From Candidatus Enterousia sp. (GTDB taxonomy: Bacteria; Pseudomonadota; Alphaproteobacteria; Rs-D84), in the NCBI GenBank assembly GCA_045133095.1, contig JBGUTP010000007.1:7669-71668 (forward strand): a DNA stretch of 64,000 nucleotides, read 5' to 3'. The notes under the pieces were generated by a model. The model saw nothing but the letters and a program-made list of their open reading frames with translations. It was not told the DNA's origin and ran no database searches. Made by a program: the position numbers and the translations under genes. Numbering within the stretch: the stretch's first letter is position 1; the number at the start of each line of letters is the position of its first letter. Positions 38,536 through 48,264 of the stretch are shown here, piece after piece.

Positions 38536-39446
38536 TGCCTTTTTCCCTCTACTAAATGAATGAACACGTCTTCCAGTGACGGCTGAATCTCTTCAACATA
38601 AAAACTCTCTCTCAGGCGTTTCAGATGTTTTTCCTCGTCCACCCCATGTTTAAACATCAAATGCCAATCCCGTCCGTATGGCTGCCACAAATCCACTAAA
38701 TCCGCATCTGGCGCTTTACCGCCACCCCTGCGCGTACGCAACCGAAACAAAGTACGCTGAAACGCGTCTTTTTTTAGTTGCCCTGGCGTATCCAGTGCAA
38801 TCAATTCACCCGCCCGCATCAATGCCACTCGGTTACAGTTTTCCGCTTCGTCCATATAATGGGTTGTTACGAACACGGTTTTTCCCAAATCAGTCAAATC
38901 TTTAATCAATTTCCAAAAACGCATTCGCGCCATTGGCGCGACACCTGCTGTCGGCTCGTCCAGGAAAATAACCGGCGGATTATGCAGTATTGCCACACAC
39001 AATGCGACCTCTTGCTTTATTCCACCTGGCAAATCCTTGACCACAACACCAAGACTTTGATTAAACTGAATAAAATCCAACAACTTATCTCTTTGTGCGA
39101 CATAATGCCTGCCATCCATACCATGCAAAGCCGCCGCAAAATCCATATTTTCCCTAACCGACAAATCGTTATACAACGTGAACCTTTGCGACATATACCC
39201 CACATTACGCTTAATCAAATTTTCATGGCCTGGAATTAAACTTTGACCATTTATTACCACCTGTCCTGCGCTGGGCATTAATAAACCACACAAAACGCGT
39301 ATAGTTGTTGTTTTCCCCGCGCCATTCGCCCCCAAGAACCCAAAGATTTCCCCCTTTGGCACATTAAACGACACATTTTTAACCGCCCAAAAGTCACCAA
39401 ATCTCACAGACATATTTTTCACACTGACGACAAAATCTCTTTTCAC
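38532..39446 (-). CDS. ABC transporter ATP-binding protein (YbhF C-half-like)
   Basis: GANGAGKTT, YMSQRF, LDEPTAGV, TTHYMDEA. Confidence 0.9.
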   Translation of the reverse strand: MKRDFVVSVKNMSVRFGDFWAVKNVSFNVPKGEIFGFLGANGAGKTTTIRVLCGLLMPSAGQVVINGQSLIPGHENLIKRNVGYMSQRFTLYNDLSVRENMDFAAALHGMDGRHYVAQRDKLLDFIQFNQSLGVVVKDLPGGIKQEVALCVAILHNPPVIFLDEPTAGVAPMARMRFWKLIKDLTDLGKTVFVTTHYMDEAENCNRVALMRAGELIALDTPGQLKKDAFQRTLFRLRTRRGGGKAPDADLVDLWQPYGRDWHLMFKHGVDEEKHLKRLRESFYVEEIQPSLEDVFIHLVEGKRQ

Positions 39447-39449
39447 GGT

Positions 39450-40181
39450 TCACCACCCCCCACCTGCGCGTCTTATAAACAATTCGTTAAAATCTGCGAC
39501 TTGATATTTCTTCAACAGTTCATCTGGCGCCCCAACATCTAAAACCCGTCCCTGTTCCATTAATATAACATTTCCGCATCTTTCGGCTTCATCCATATAC
39601 GCCGTTGACATCAGCACTAAAATCCCTTGCTCTACTGCCTTATGCAACAACCCCCAAAACTCACGACGGCTAATTGGGTCCACCCCATTTGTTGGTTCAT
39701 CAAGCAGCATAATCAAAGGCGACCGCAACAACGCACAAATTAGCCCCAACTTTTTATACATTCCGCCCGACAATTGTCCCGCAGGTCTGTCCAAGAAATC
39801 CCCCAAACGCGCCAATTGAACCAACTCTTCTTTTTTTTGTTTAAAAGCCACATCATTAATCCCATACAACTTTCTAAAAAAATCCAAATGTTCGTCAACC
39901 GACAAATCAGAATATAAACTTTGGCTTTGTGGCATATAGGCAATATGTTCCCGAACATCCTTTTCTAACAAGAATTTATCGCAACTTTTAAACACAACCT
40001 TGCCCCTACTTGCCCGCATCAAATTTAACATAATCCGAAACAAGGTGGTTTTTCCCGCCCCCGCGGGTCCAATAACCCCATACAGCACCCCACCATGAAA
40101 CCGCACGGACACATCATCCAAGGCCAACACATCCTTGAATTGTTTTGACACATTTTGAACTGATATTTCTATATTATTCAT
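39450..40181 (-). CDS. ABC transporter ATP-binding protein (YbhF N-half-like)
   Basis: GPAGAGKTT, LSGGM, LDEPTNGVDP, STAYMDEA. Confidence 0.9.
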   Translation of the reverse strand: MNNIEISVQNVSKQFKDVLALDDVSVRFHGGVLYGVIGPAGAGKTTLFRIMLNLMRASRGKVVFKSCDKFLLEKDVREHIAYMPQSQSLYSDLSVDEHLDFFRKLYGINDVAFKQKKEELVQLARLGDFLDRPAGQLSGGMYKKLGLICALLRSPLIMLLDEPTNGVDPISRREFWGLLHKAVEQGILVLMSTAYMDEAERCGNVILMEQGRVLDVGAPDELLKKYQVADFNELFIRRAGGGW

Positions 40182-40926
40182 CCGTCAACAAAGTGCTTTC
40201 TATCGTCATTCCTGCTTTTAAAATCAGCCCTGGATTTTCGAATTGCACTTTGACACCATAAACTAACCTAGTTCTTTCATCACGCGTTTGAACATTTTTC
40301 GGTGTAAATTCTGCTTCTTCGTTAATTTTAATAATTCGCCCAACGAATTTCATATCATTTGCTTCGGGCAAGAATCCCACAACCTTCTGCCCTACTTTTA
40401 ATTGATGCAACATACTGTACGGCACATAGAAATAAGCCCAAACATCATACGGATTTGCAACCGCCATCAGTACGCTTCCTGGCGCGACCACTTCGCCAAT
40501 TTCACGAAACTTTGTAACAATCATCCCATCAATTGGCGACACGACCCTGCACCAACTGATTTTCAGGTCATTATCCTGTTTATTACGCAACAACACATCA
40601 TATTCCGCCTGACTGACATGTCCTTTTTGCATTAACTGTCGCACTCTTTCAAAATCATTATCAATTTGTCGCCCAACAATCTTGTATGCATCACAAGACA
40701 TTTCCATCAAAACCTGTCCCTGCTGAACCACATCCCCTTCGGCTACAAACACATCTTGAATATCAGACGCCACCCGCGCAGAAATCATAACCTTGGTTGT
40801 TTCTAACGTTCCCGCAAAAACAAACGGTCGCCGTTCCTTTAAATAGTTATAAATAAAAAAGGCTGCCGCACCCACACTCAGCGCGACAACCGTCCCTATA
40901 AAAATACGCTTCCACTTACTGTTCAT
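40174..40926 (-). CDS. HlyD family periplasmic adaptor (YbhG-like)
   Basis: TM anchor, lipoyl-like repeats, AEFTPKNVQT..ER..LVY.VK. Confidence 0.88.
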   Translation of the reverse strand: MNSKWKRIFIGTVVALSVGAAAFFIYNYLKERRPFVFAGTLETTKVMISARVASDIQDVFVAEGDVVQQGQVLMEMSCDAYKIVGRQIDNDFERVRQLMQKGHVSQAEYDVLLRNKQDNDLKISWCRVVSPIDGMIVTKFREIGEVVAPGSVLMAVANPYDVWAYFYVPYSMLHQLKVGQKVVGFLPEANDMKFVGRIIKINEEAEFTPKNVQTRDERTRLVYGVKVQFENPGLILKAGMTIESTLLTDE

Positions 40927-40987
40927 ACCCCCATTATGCCAAAAAAATCCCGGCAATTCGCCGGGTATGAATTCCTTGCCCCACCAT

Positions 40988-41710
40988 TCAATCCAGCCAC
41001 CCAGAACTTTCTGGAATTGAAATCAAAAAAACATTATCTTCTATTTGCTTTTTATTAAACTGCGCATCCAACATTTTGTGCAACCATTTAAAAGACTTTA
41101 TCTTTTCCATATCCACAATAAAATGAATATATCCTGCACTCAACCAAACTTCATTTACACCTGTTGACATACTTCCACTTGATTTTCTTAAATAATAAAC
41201 CGCCGTACCCATTAATTCCTTAAAGGCCTCAAATTCATCTGCTTTTATACCTCTATGTCCATCTTGCGCAACAGGCTCGCGTTCCAACAAAAACTTGCCA
41301 TACAACACTCTCACACACTCAAAACAAAGTCTATTTCTTTCTGTTGTCTCTTGATAAATATCTTCTCTGCTACGATAATTCAAACTATATATTTTATCAT
41401 AATAATCACTATACTTATTGTTTTCTAAAATCGCGACAGCAACCTCTCTAAACGCAGAAAAATTACCATCCACATGCCCATCAGCCATCACCACACGTGG
41501 CTTGATGATTATTTCATTAAATTTTATCGGGGGATTATTTATATCGTCATACCAGTCATATCGTAAATGATAGTGCTTTTTACCACCCGCGGTCACAACC
41601 TCTACCTGCCACCCAAAATATTTAATATCGTTGGTTAATTTACACAACTTTGGCACATTTTTCAAATTCCATTTCATTTGTGCGCCCCACAGCCACGAAA
41701 AAAATCCCAT
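40988..41710 (-). CDS. Hypothetical protein (240 aa)
   Basis: Intact ORF with SD-like GGGG; no motif recognised. Confidence 0.6.
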   Translation of the reverse strand: MGFFSWLWGAQMKWNLKNVPKLCKLTNDIKYFGWQVEVVTAGGKKHYHLRYDWYDDINNPPIKFNEIIIKPRVVMADGHVDGNFSAFREVAVAILENNKYSDYYDKIYSLNYRSREDIYQETTERNRLCFECVRVLYGKFLLEREPVAQDGHRGIKADEFEAFKELMGTAVYYLRKSSGSMSTGVNEVWLSAGYIHFIVDMEKIKSFKWLHKMLDAQFNKKQIEDNVFLISIPESSGWLD

Positions 41711-41737
41711 TTTTTACCCCCATTATTCTGTCAACGA

Positions 41738-42133
41738 TTATTCCCCACGCATTTTCATTTTTGCGCTTTCTATTGCTGCCTTATACGCATATCGTTGAAT
41801 ATAATAATCAATATCCAGCATTTCATCTTGCATTGCCGACACCCCAGACCACGGATTTATCACATCAATAAGATAATCCTGTGGGCTAAATTTAACTATT
41901 AATTCACCATCATGCTTTTGCGACTGTGCAACAATTGTTGAATTCACGACATCCACCGCAATCCAACGCTTTTTTAACAGCCCCGCTGTAATACTACCTT
42001 CTGCCTGAACCTGACTTAATCCATGGGGCAATCTATTTCCCAGCGGTGCCACTTGAACATTTTCCACCCCTGTCATACACCCAGACATTCCCAAAAGACA
42101 CGTCACCATTACCGCAACACGTTTCATTTTCAT
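41738..42133 (-). CDS. Lipoprotein, co-transcribed with the KS arm
   Basis: Lipobox MSGC; overlaps KS stop. Confidence 0.65.
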   Translation of the reverse strand: MKMKRVAVMVTCLLGMSGCMTGVENVQVAPLGNRLPHGLSQVQAEGSITAGLLKKRWIAVDVVNSTIVAQSQKHDGELIVKFSPQDYLIDVINPWSGVSAMQDEMLDIDYYIQRYAYKAAIESAKMKMRGE

Positions 42134-43356
42134 TCTCCTTTTGTAAAAATCAACGAAGTATTTATTCCCCCAAACGCAAAGTTATTGCTCATTACAATAT
42201 CCGTATTTATCTCCCGCCCTTGCCCCATTATATAATCCAATTTTCCACACCGCACATCAGGCTTATTCAGATTCAGCGTTGGCGCGAACCATCCATCTTG
42301 CATCATACGAATTGTCCAAATCGCCTCCAGCGCCCCACACGCCCCCAGTGTATGTCCAACATAACTTTTCAACGTACTGACCGGTACCGAATTTCCCATC
42401 ACATTTTCTGTCGCCAATGATTCTGCGATATCCCCATGCAAGGTTCCCGTTCCGTGCATATTTACATATCCTATCTGATTTGGTGCTATACCTGCATCAT
42501 TCAACGCCAATCGCATACATTGCGCCATGGTATCTTTGTTTGGCTGGGTGATATGCGTTCCATCGGTATTAGTACCAAAACCAATAATTTCCGCTAAAAT
42601 CTTGGCACCCCTTGCCTTGGCATGTTCATACTCTTCCAAAATCAGCGTACCCGCCCCTTCACCAATCACCAATCCGTCACGATTTTCATCAAACGGCGCC
42701 GGTGTGATTTCTGGCGACGAATTTTTAACACTTGTCGCATACAGCGTATCAAACACTGCGACCTGTGTTGCGTCAAATTCTTCGGCGCCCCCTGCTATCA
42801 TAATATCCTGCGCACCGCTTTTAATTGCCTCATAGGCATATCCAATTGCTAAACTGCCTGATGTGCATGCGGTACCACTGGGGATTAATCGCCCTGTCGT
42901 TTTAAAGTACAACGAAATATTAACCGCCGTTGTTTGTGGCATAATTTTGATATAAGACGAAGACGTAATTGCCCCAACTTCATTGGTCTGAACCATGGAA
43001 TAAAAGTCAAACACTGGGCGCGCCGAACCAAACGAAGACCCGTATGCCACACCAACGCGTCCTGATTGCAACACATCATCCCCGCTTAATCCTGCTTGCT
43101 GCAAAGCCTGCTCGGCTGAATGCACCGCCATCACGGCGACACGCCCCATAGTTCGTAAAACCTTACGTGAATAGTGCGCCGGCACAACATAATCATCAAC
43201 AGGTGCCGCCAAATGCGCATTCAATCCCTGTACTTGCTTTAATTCATCCAGTACCCGAATCGCATTTTTATAAATTCTCAATCGTGCCACTGATGACTCA
43301 ACATCGTTCCCCAGCGCACTTATTGCCCCCATACCTGTTACAACAACCCGCCTCAT
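42130..43356 (-). CDS. Beta-ketoacyl-ACP synthase II (ApeR/FabF-like)
   Basis: MRRVVVTGMG, TACTSG active Cys, NMHGTGT, KSYVGHTLGA, NFAFGG. Confidence 0.92.
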   Translation of the reverse strand: MRRVVVTGMGAISALGNDVESSVARLRIYKNAIRVLDELKQVQGLNAHLAAPVDDYVVPAHYSRKVLRTMGRVAVMAVHSAEQALQQAGLSGDDVLQSGRVGVAYGSSFGSARPVFDFYSMVQTNEVGAITSSSYIKIMPQTTAVNISLYFKTTGRLIPSGTACTSGSLAIGYAYEAIKSGAQDIMIAGGAEEFDATQVAVFDTLYATSVKNSSPEITPAPFDENRDGLVIGEGAGTLILEEYEHAKARGAKILAEIIGFGTNTDGTHITQPNKDTMAQCMRLALNDAGIAPNQIGYVNMHGTGTLHGDIAESLATENVMGNSVPVSTLKSYVGHTLGACGALEAIWTIRMMQDGWFAPTLNLNKPDVRCGKLDYIMGQGREINTDIVMSNNFAFGGINTSLIFTKGE

Positions 43357-43357
43357 A

Positions 43358-44083
43358 TCAAATCATCCCCCCATTTACCGCGATAACCTGTCGTGTAATA
43401 TACGCGGCATCATCTGACAGTAAATACGCCACCAAACTTGCTACTTCTTTTGGTTGCCCGACCCGACGCACAGGAATCATATTTTTCACTTCGTCCATTG
43501 GCAAATCGCTTGTCATATCTGTATCAATGATACCCGGCGCAATACAATTGACGGTGATTTTTCGTCTTGCCAATTCAACTGCCAATGATTTCACCACCCC
43601 GATAATTCCCGCCTTAGACGCGGCATAATTCACCTGTCCCCTGTTTCCTATTTGCCCCGAAACCGAAGACATTGCGATTATTCGCCCTGGCTGTCTTGCC
43701 TCTATCATAGGCATAACCACCGGTGCTAACACATTATACAAACCGCCCAAATTAGTATCCAGCACCCTGTCCCACATATCACCACTTATCATTGGGAATG
43801 GCGCATCATCATTAATTCCGGCATTACAGACCACGCCATAATATGCGCCGTGTTCTGCAATATCTGCGCCCAACACGGCGGCAACTTGTTCACGGTCTGC
43901 GGCATCAAAACACACCAATCGTCCCTTTCCGCCCAAGTTTTGAACATCTGCCAAGACCTGTTCTGCGGCTTGCCTGTTTTTATTATAATGCAACACTAAT
44001 TCATACCCCATCGGTGCCAAATACAATGCAATCGCCCGTCCAATACCCCGACTTGCCCCAGTAATTAAAACAGTTCTATTCAT
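43358..44083 (-). CDS. 3-oxoacyl-ACP reductase (ApeQ/FabG-like)
   Basis: TGASRGIG, NAG, GNRGQVNYAASKAG, IAPGIIDTDM. Confidence 0.92.
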   Translation of the reverse strand: MNRTVLITGASRGIGRAIALYLAPMGYELVLHYNKNRQAAEQVLADVQNLGGKGRLVCFDAADREQVAAVLGADIAEHGAYYGVVCNAGINDDAPFPMISGDMWDRVLDTNLGGLYNVLAPVVMPMIEARQPGRIIAMSSVSGQIGNRGQVNYAASKAGIIGVVKSLAVELARRKITVNCIAPGIIDTDMTSDLPMDEVKNMIPVRRVGQPKEVASLVAYLLSDDAAYITRQVIAVNGGMI

Positions 44084-44543
44084 TTCGTCCTTCCATAAAA
44101 TCATTTATATCATCTGGTCTAAAGACATTTAAAGTCCCCACCGCCACATTTTGATTTTTATCATTATATATCACACAATCAAACGACGCAATATTATCAT
44201 CGTTAAACAAAGACTGCACCCGCACAAAGTAACTTTGATTAACCTTAAACACTGGGATTTCTACATCAATATTTCGCGACCCCAACACAAATCCAACCCC
44301 AGGACTTGCATCAGGATTTTTTTCTAAATCCCGCAATCCAACGAAACACCCAATTGCCTGCGCCATATATTCCAGACCGACCCACGACGGCACCCCACCC
44401 ATGGACTTCTGATACAAAACATCTGTTTCTTTGACATCCACGCGTGCGACCAATGTTTCCGTCTGAAAATCCACCGATTCAATATCAGTAATTAATAACA
44501 TTGGCGCCCTGTGTGGCAACAACCTTTCCAAATCACACTTCAC
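44076..44543 (-). CDS. Hotdog dehydratase (ApeP-like)
   Basis: LLPHRAPM.L, LEYMAQ, GFVLGSR. Confidence 0.82.
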   Translation of the reverse strand: MKCDLERLLPHRAPMLLITDIESVDFQTETLVARVDVKETDVLYQKSMGGVPSWVGLEYMAQAIGCFVGLRDLEKNPDASPGVGFVLGSRNIDVEIPVFKVNQSYFVRVQSLFNDDNIASFDCVIYNDKNQNVAVGTLNVFRPDDINDFMEGRNE

Positions 44544-44544
44544 A

Positions 44545-45681
44545 TCACACCCCCAAAATCAAACTGGCATTGCTGCCCCCAAAGGCAAAAGCATTACACA
44601 ACACCCGCCGCACATTCAGATTTTCTGTTCCTGTGGCAATTGATATTTTCGCACACCTTTCATCCACACACCCATCCCAAACATGCGGTATAACAAACTG
44701 ATACTTTAACATCAGCCATCCCAACGCGGCACTTATTGCCCCTGCTCCGCCCAGAACATGCCCAGTCAGCGGCTTTGACGAAGCACACAATACCCCATCC
44801 CCAAACACATCGCTGATTGCCTGTGCCTCCATTTCATCATTTGCCACCGTACCGGTTCCGTGCATATTAATAAAGTCTATATCCTGGGGGTTCAACCCCG
44901 CATCCAATAACGCCGCCCGCATAGCAGCCGCCGCCCCATCCCCTGTTGGGTCTGGACTGGTCAAATGATACGCATCACTACTTTCGCCCACCCCCATCAT
45001 TTTAATTCCGTCATCTGCACGCGTCATTATAAATAATGCCGCCCCTTCGCCCAGATTTATTCCATCACGATTAACCGACATCGGGTTAGTATGCCCCATA
45101 CTTAACGCCCCCAGCGCATAAAACCCATTCAACGCAAAATCGCACCGCGCATCAACTCCGCCAACTAAAACAGCATCACAGACATCATTAATTAACAAAT
45201 CGCGCGCACTACGAAACGCCTTCAACGCGGACGAACACGCCGTCGATACCGTAAACGCAGGTCCCGAAAATCCAACCAATTCGCGCAAATATTCGGCAGG
45301 CATTCCTAATTCCAATTGCCACATTGCGAAATCCTTGGGCATTTGCCCTGATGCCAAGAACTGCCCTAAATATTCCTGTGCTTCATGAACTGCGGTATTA
45401 CTGGCGCCGACAACCACCCCTAATCTTTCTGATTTGTATTTTTGCTTTATATCTTCTATGTCCTGTGCAATTTGTTTCACGGCGCACTTTATCAAATCAT
45501 GACACCGCACTTGCGACTTGGTCTCTACTGGCGCGCATCCAAAAGGCACAACATGACCATCCACGACAACATTACCCACCATCATCCCAGACGTATCACC
45601 CGCCATTGCGCGCTGAACAATTTCCCCGTGTCCAACACCCAAAGCACACACACAACCCATACTATTTAATACTATCGCCAT
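44545..45681 (-). CDS. Beta-ketoacyl-ACP synthase (ApeO-like)
   Basis: STACSS, GINLGEGAA, SDAYH, NMHGTGT.ND.ME, KPLTGH, FAFGGSN. Confidence 0.88.
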   Translation of the reverse strand: MAIVLNSMGCVCALGVGHGEIVQRAMAGDTSGMMVGNVVVDGHVVPFGCAPVETKSQVRCHDLIKCAVKQIAQDIEDIKQKYKSERLGVVVGASNTAVHEAQEYLGQFLASGQMPKDFAMWQLELGMPAEYLRELVGFSGPAFTVSTACSSALKAFRSARDLLINDVCDAVLVGGVDARCDFALNGFYALGALSMGHTNPMSVNRDGINLGEGAALFIMTRADDGIKMMGVGESSDAYHLTSPDPTGDGAAAAMRAALLDAGLNPQDIDFINMHGTGTVANDEMEAQAISDVFGDGVLCASSKPLTGHVLGGAGAISAALGWLMLKYQFVIPHVWDGCVDERCAKISIATGTENLNVRRVLCNAFAFGGSNASLILGV

Positions 45682-45758
45682 ATCAGATAACCAACTTGCA
45701 AATAACAATTATTCCTATTACAATGCCAGTATTGTAAAAAAAAACATTATTTTCAAGC

Positions 45759-46394
45759 ATGAACAACACATTATACATTGACAACTTTACAATTTGGCGT
45801 GAATCAGACACTACGCCATTACCCGACACATCATTTATTCCGGCAATGTTACGCCGTCGCCTGACCGCTTTGGAAAAGATTGCCCTATCACTGGCACACC
45901 ATATTGCCCCCACGGACCGCCCCTATACAACGGTGTTTGCATCCCAATACGGCGAATGGGAGCAAACCGCCCGACTAATAAGTCAATTTCACACAGACCA
46001 TGAAATGTCCCCCGCCGGGTTCAGCAATTCTGTCCACAACGCGGCACCCGGACATCTGTCATTACTGACCAAAAACAAAAACAGTTACACATCCATTGCG
46101 GCTGGCGCACGCACATTGGAAATGGGGTTACTGACCGCATTTCTACAACCCAAACCAACGCTTTTTATTTATGCAGAAGAACGCACACCGGACTTATACG
46201 ATTCCGTATTGCCACGCAAAACCAAATCTCATGGACTGGCATTGTTTATAAACGACACCGCCACCGCGACCCCCATATTGGTATCAAACGCCACCACCAC
46301 CCAAACCACCCCCCTGTCCTTTGACAGGGTATGTGACTTTCTGACCCAGGGAACTACAATCACAGCCAACCATTGGACCATAACCAAACAATGA
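45759..46394 (+). CDS. KS chain-length factor (ApeC-like)
   Basis: IPAMLRRRL..L.K, SPAGFSNSVHNA, EE; lacks catalytic Cys motif. Confidence 0.82.
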   Translation: MNNTLYIDNFTIWRESDTTPLPDTSFIPAMLRRRLTALEKIALSLAHHIAPTDRPYTTVFASQYGEWEQTARLISQFHTDHEMSPAGFSNSVHNAAPGHLSLLTKNKNSYTSIAAGARTLEMGLLTAFLQPKPTLFIYAEERTPDLYDSVLPRKTKSHGLALFINDTATATPILVSNATTTQTTPLSFDRVCDFLTQGTTITANHWTITKQ

Positions 46395-47140
46395 TAAGAT
46401 TAATTCGCAGTTTTTTATGTTGCATTTGTTTTACACTGTTTGGCATTGGCGGTCTGGGGCTTGGGCTGCTGGTATTCCCGATTATTTTAATATTTTTCCG
46501 TGGCACGCACCAACGTCGAATCCTGTGCAACAGCATACACATCACATGGCGTTTTTTTGTATGGTTACTAACTTTTTCACGCTTGATTTCCGTTAGATGC
46601 GACCAGGACAACCTGCTGCGCAATCTGCATGGACATATTGTAATTGCCAACCATCCATCATTAATCGATGTTGTAATTGTTGTTTCTAAAATCCCTAATT
46701 CCGTATGCGTTGTCAAAGACAACCTATTTCACAATTTTTTTATTCGTCATGTAATCCGGCGCATATACCTGTCCAACAACATGTCGCCTGACGAATTTCT
46801 TACACGTGGCACGGAATATTTAAAATCAGGTCACAACCTTGTAATTTTCCCCGAAGGCACCCGCACGCGTCCCAATCATTCAATACACTTTCATCGTGGC
46901 TTTGCCTATCTTCATCTGCATTCTGGCGCACCAATACTGCCAATTATGATACACAATACGCCGCCTATCCTGGGCAAAGGGCAACCATGGTATGACATAG
47001 GTCGCCAAACATCCAACTATACTTTAACGCCCCTTTCGGTTATACAACACACACCATCTGCGGACCGATTCGACCGACAAATTGCCCACGACATTACAGC
47101 ACAGGCAAAATCCGCCCTATTCCCGGCACAGGACGCTTGA
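46373..47140 (+). CDS. PlsC-type acyltransferase (ApeD-like)
   Basis: IANHPSLID, IFPEGTR, FHRG. Confidence 0.88.
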   Translation: MDHNQTMIRLIRSFLCCICFTLFGIGGLGLGLLVFPIILIFFRGTHQRRILCNSIHITWRFFVWLLTFSRLISVRCDQDNLLRNLHGHIVIANHPSLIDVVIVVSKIPNSVCVVKDNLFHNFFIRHVIRRIYLSNNMSPDEFLTRGTEYLKSGHNLVIFPEGTRTRPNHSIHFHRGFAYLHLHSGAPILPIMIHNTPPILGKGQPWYDIGRQTSNYTLTPLSVIQHTPSADRFDRQIAHDITAQAKSALFPAQDA

Positions 47141-47193
47141 CATTGCCGGCAATCTTTCCTATTGTTAAACAACAAAAAATAACAGGAACAATC

Positions 47194-47469
47194 ATGAAAC
47201 GCGATACACTTGAACAGGAAATCAAAGAAATCATAATTTCTTCCCTGGAACTTGAAGATATTACTGTTGCTGACATTGACACAAACGCCGCGCTTTTTGT
47301 CACGGGCCTGGGGCTTGATTCTATTGATGCGCTGGAACTGGGGATGGCGTTAAAAAAGAAATATGGCGTAAATTTCAAGGCTGACAAAAATGCCAACAAA
47401 GAACACTTTAAATCTGTTCATCACTTGGCTGAATACATTGCATCTGAATTAAATATTACATTGGAGTAA
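47194..47469 (+). CDS. Acyl carrier protein 1 (ApeE-like)
   Basis: LGLDSIDALEL Ppant serine motif. Confidence 0.88.
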   Translation: MKRDTLEQEIKEIIISSLELEDITVADIDTNAALFVTGLGLDSIDALELGMALKKKYGVNFKADKNANKEHFKSVHHLAEYIASELNITLE

Positions 47470-47474
47470 GCATC

Positions 47475-47741
47475 ATGCACACAAAAGAACAAATTTTTGA
47501 AACCATCAAAGAAATTCTGGTTGCGGACTTTGAATTTGATGCCGCCCAATTGACCCTGGATGCCCGCCTGGTCGAAGATCTTGACCTGGACAGTATTGAT
47601 GCCGTTGACTTAATTGTCCGTCTGCAAAAGGTTGTAAAAACCAAGGCTGCACCCGAAGACTTTAAACAAATCCGCACATTACAGGACATGGTTGATGCCA
47701 TTGAAAAAATCGTTAATTCAAATTCTGCAACAAATAACTAA
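47475..47741 (+). CDS. Acyl carrier protein 2 (ApeF-like)
   Basis: LDLDSIDAVDL Ppant serine motif. Confidence 0.9.
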   Translation: MHTKEQIFETIKEILVADFEFDAAQLTLDARLVEDLDLDSIDAVDLIVRLQKVVKTKAAPEDFKQIRTLQDMVDAIEKIVNSNSATNN

Positions 47742-48264
47742 GATTGCATTGGGTGCATTATTTGTCACCTATCCATTTATAATATTTTTCGCCCTGCAAC
47801 GTGGCGTTGCATTGCGCGCACTTGCACTGGTGCTGGTTGCGTATGCCGCACTTTCGTTTTGTCGGCACCGCAACAAAACCTTGCTTGTCCTTGGCGCACT
47901 TTTATCATTGTTATTACTGTGTTTTGACAACGGCATATTCCTGCGCCTGTACCCAGTATTGATGAACATGGCTGTTTGCGGATTATTTTTTTCATCCATG
48001 TCATCAACACCACTAATAACAACCATCGCCCGGCGCATGGGAACCACAATGACCCCACGCGCCATTCGTTATACACGCAGTGCAACAATCGCATGGGGTA
48101 TATTTATGTTGCTAAACACCTTGATATCATTTACCACCCTATTTACATCACTTGAAACATGGACACTGTACAATGGTTTGATTTCCTATATTTTAATCGC
48201 TATGATGATGCTTGCAGAATACATTATCCGAACCAGGTTTATGCGCAATGACACCAATAAATAG
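47692..48264 (+). CDS. Membrane protein (ApeG/COG4648-like)
   Basis: LYPVLMN, YTRSAT..W, WTLYNGLISYIL. Confidence 0.8.
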   Translation: MMPLKKSLIQILQQITKIALGALFVTYPFIIFFALQRGVALRALALVLVAYAALSFCRHRNKTLLVLGALLSLLLLCFDNGIFLRLYPVLMNMAVCGLFFSSMSSTPLITTIARRMGTTMTPRAIRYTRSATIAWGIFMLLNTLISFTTLFTSLETWTLYNGLISYILIAMMMLAEYIIRTRFMRNDTNK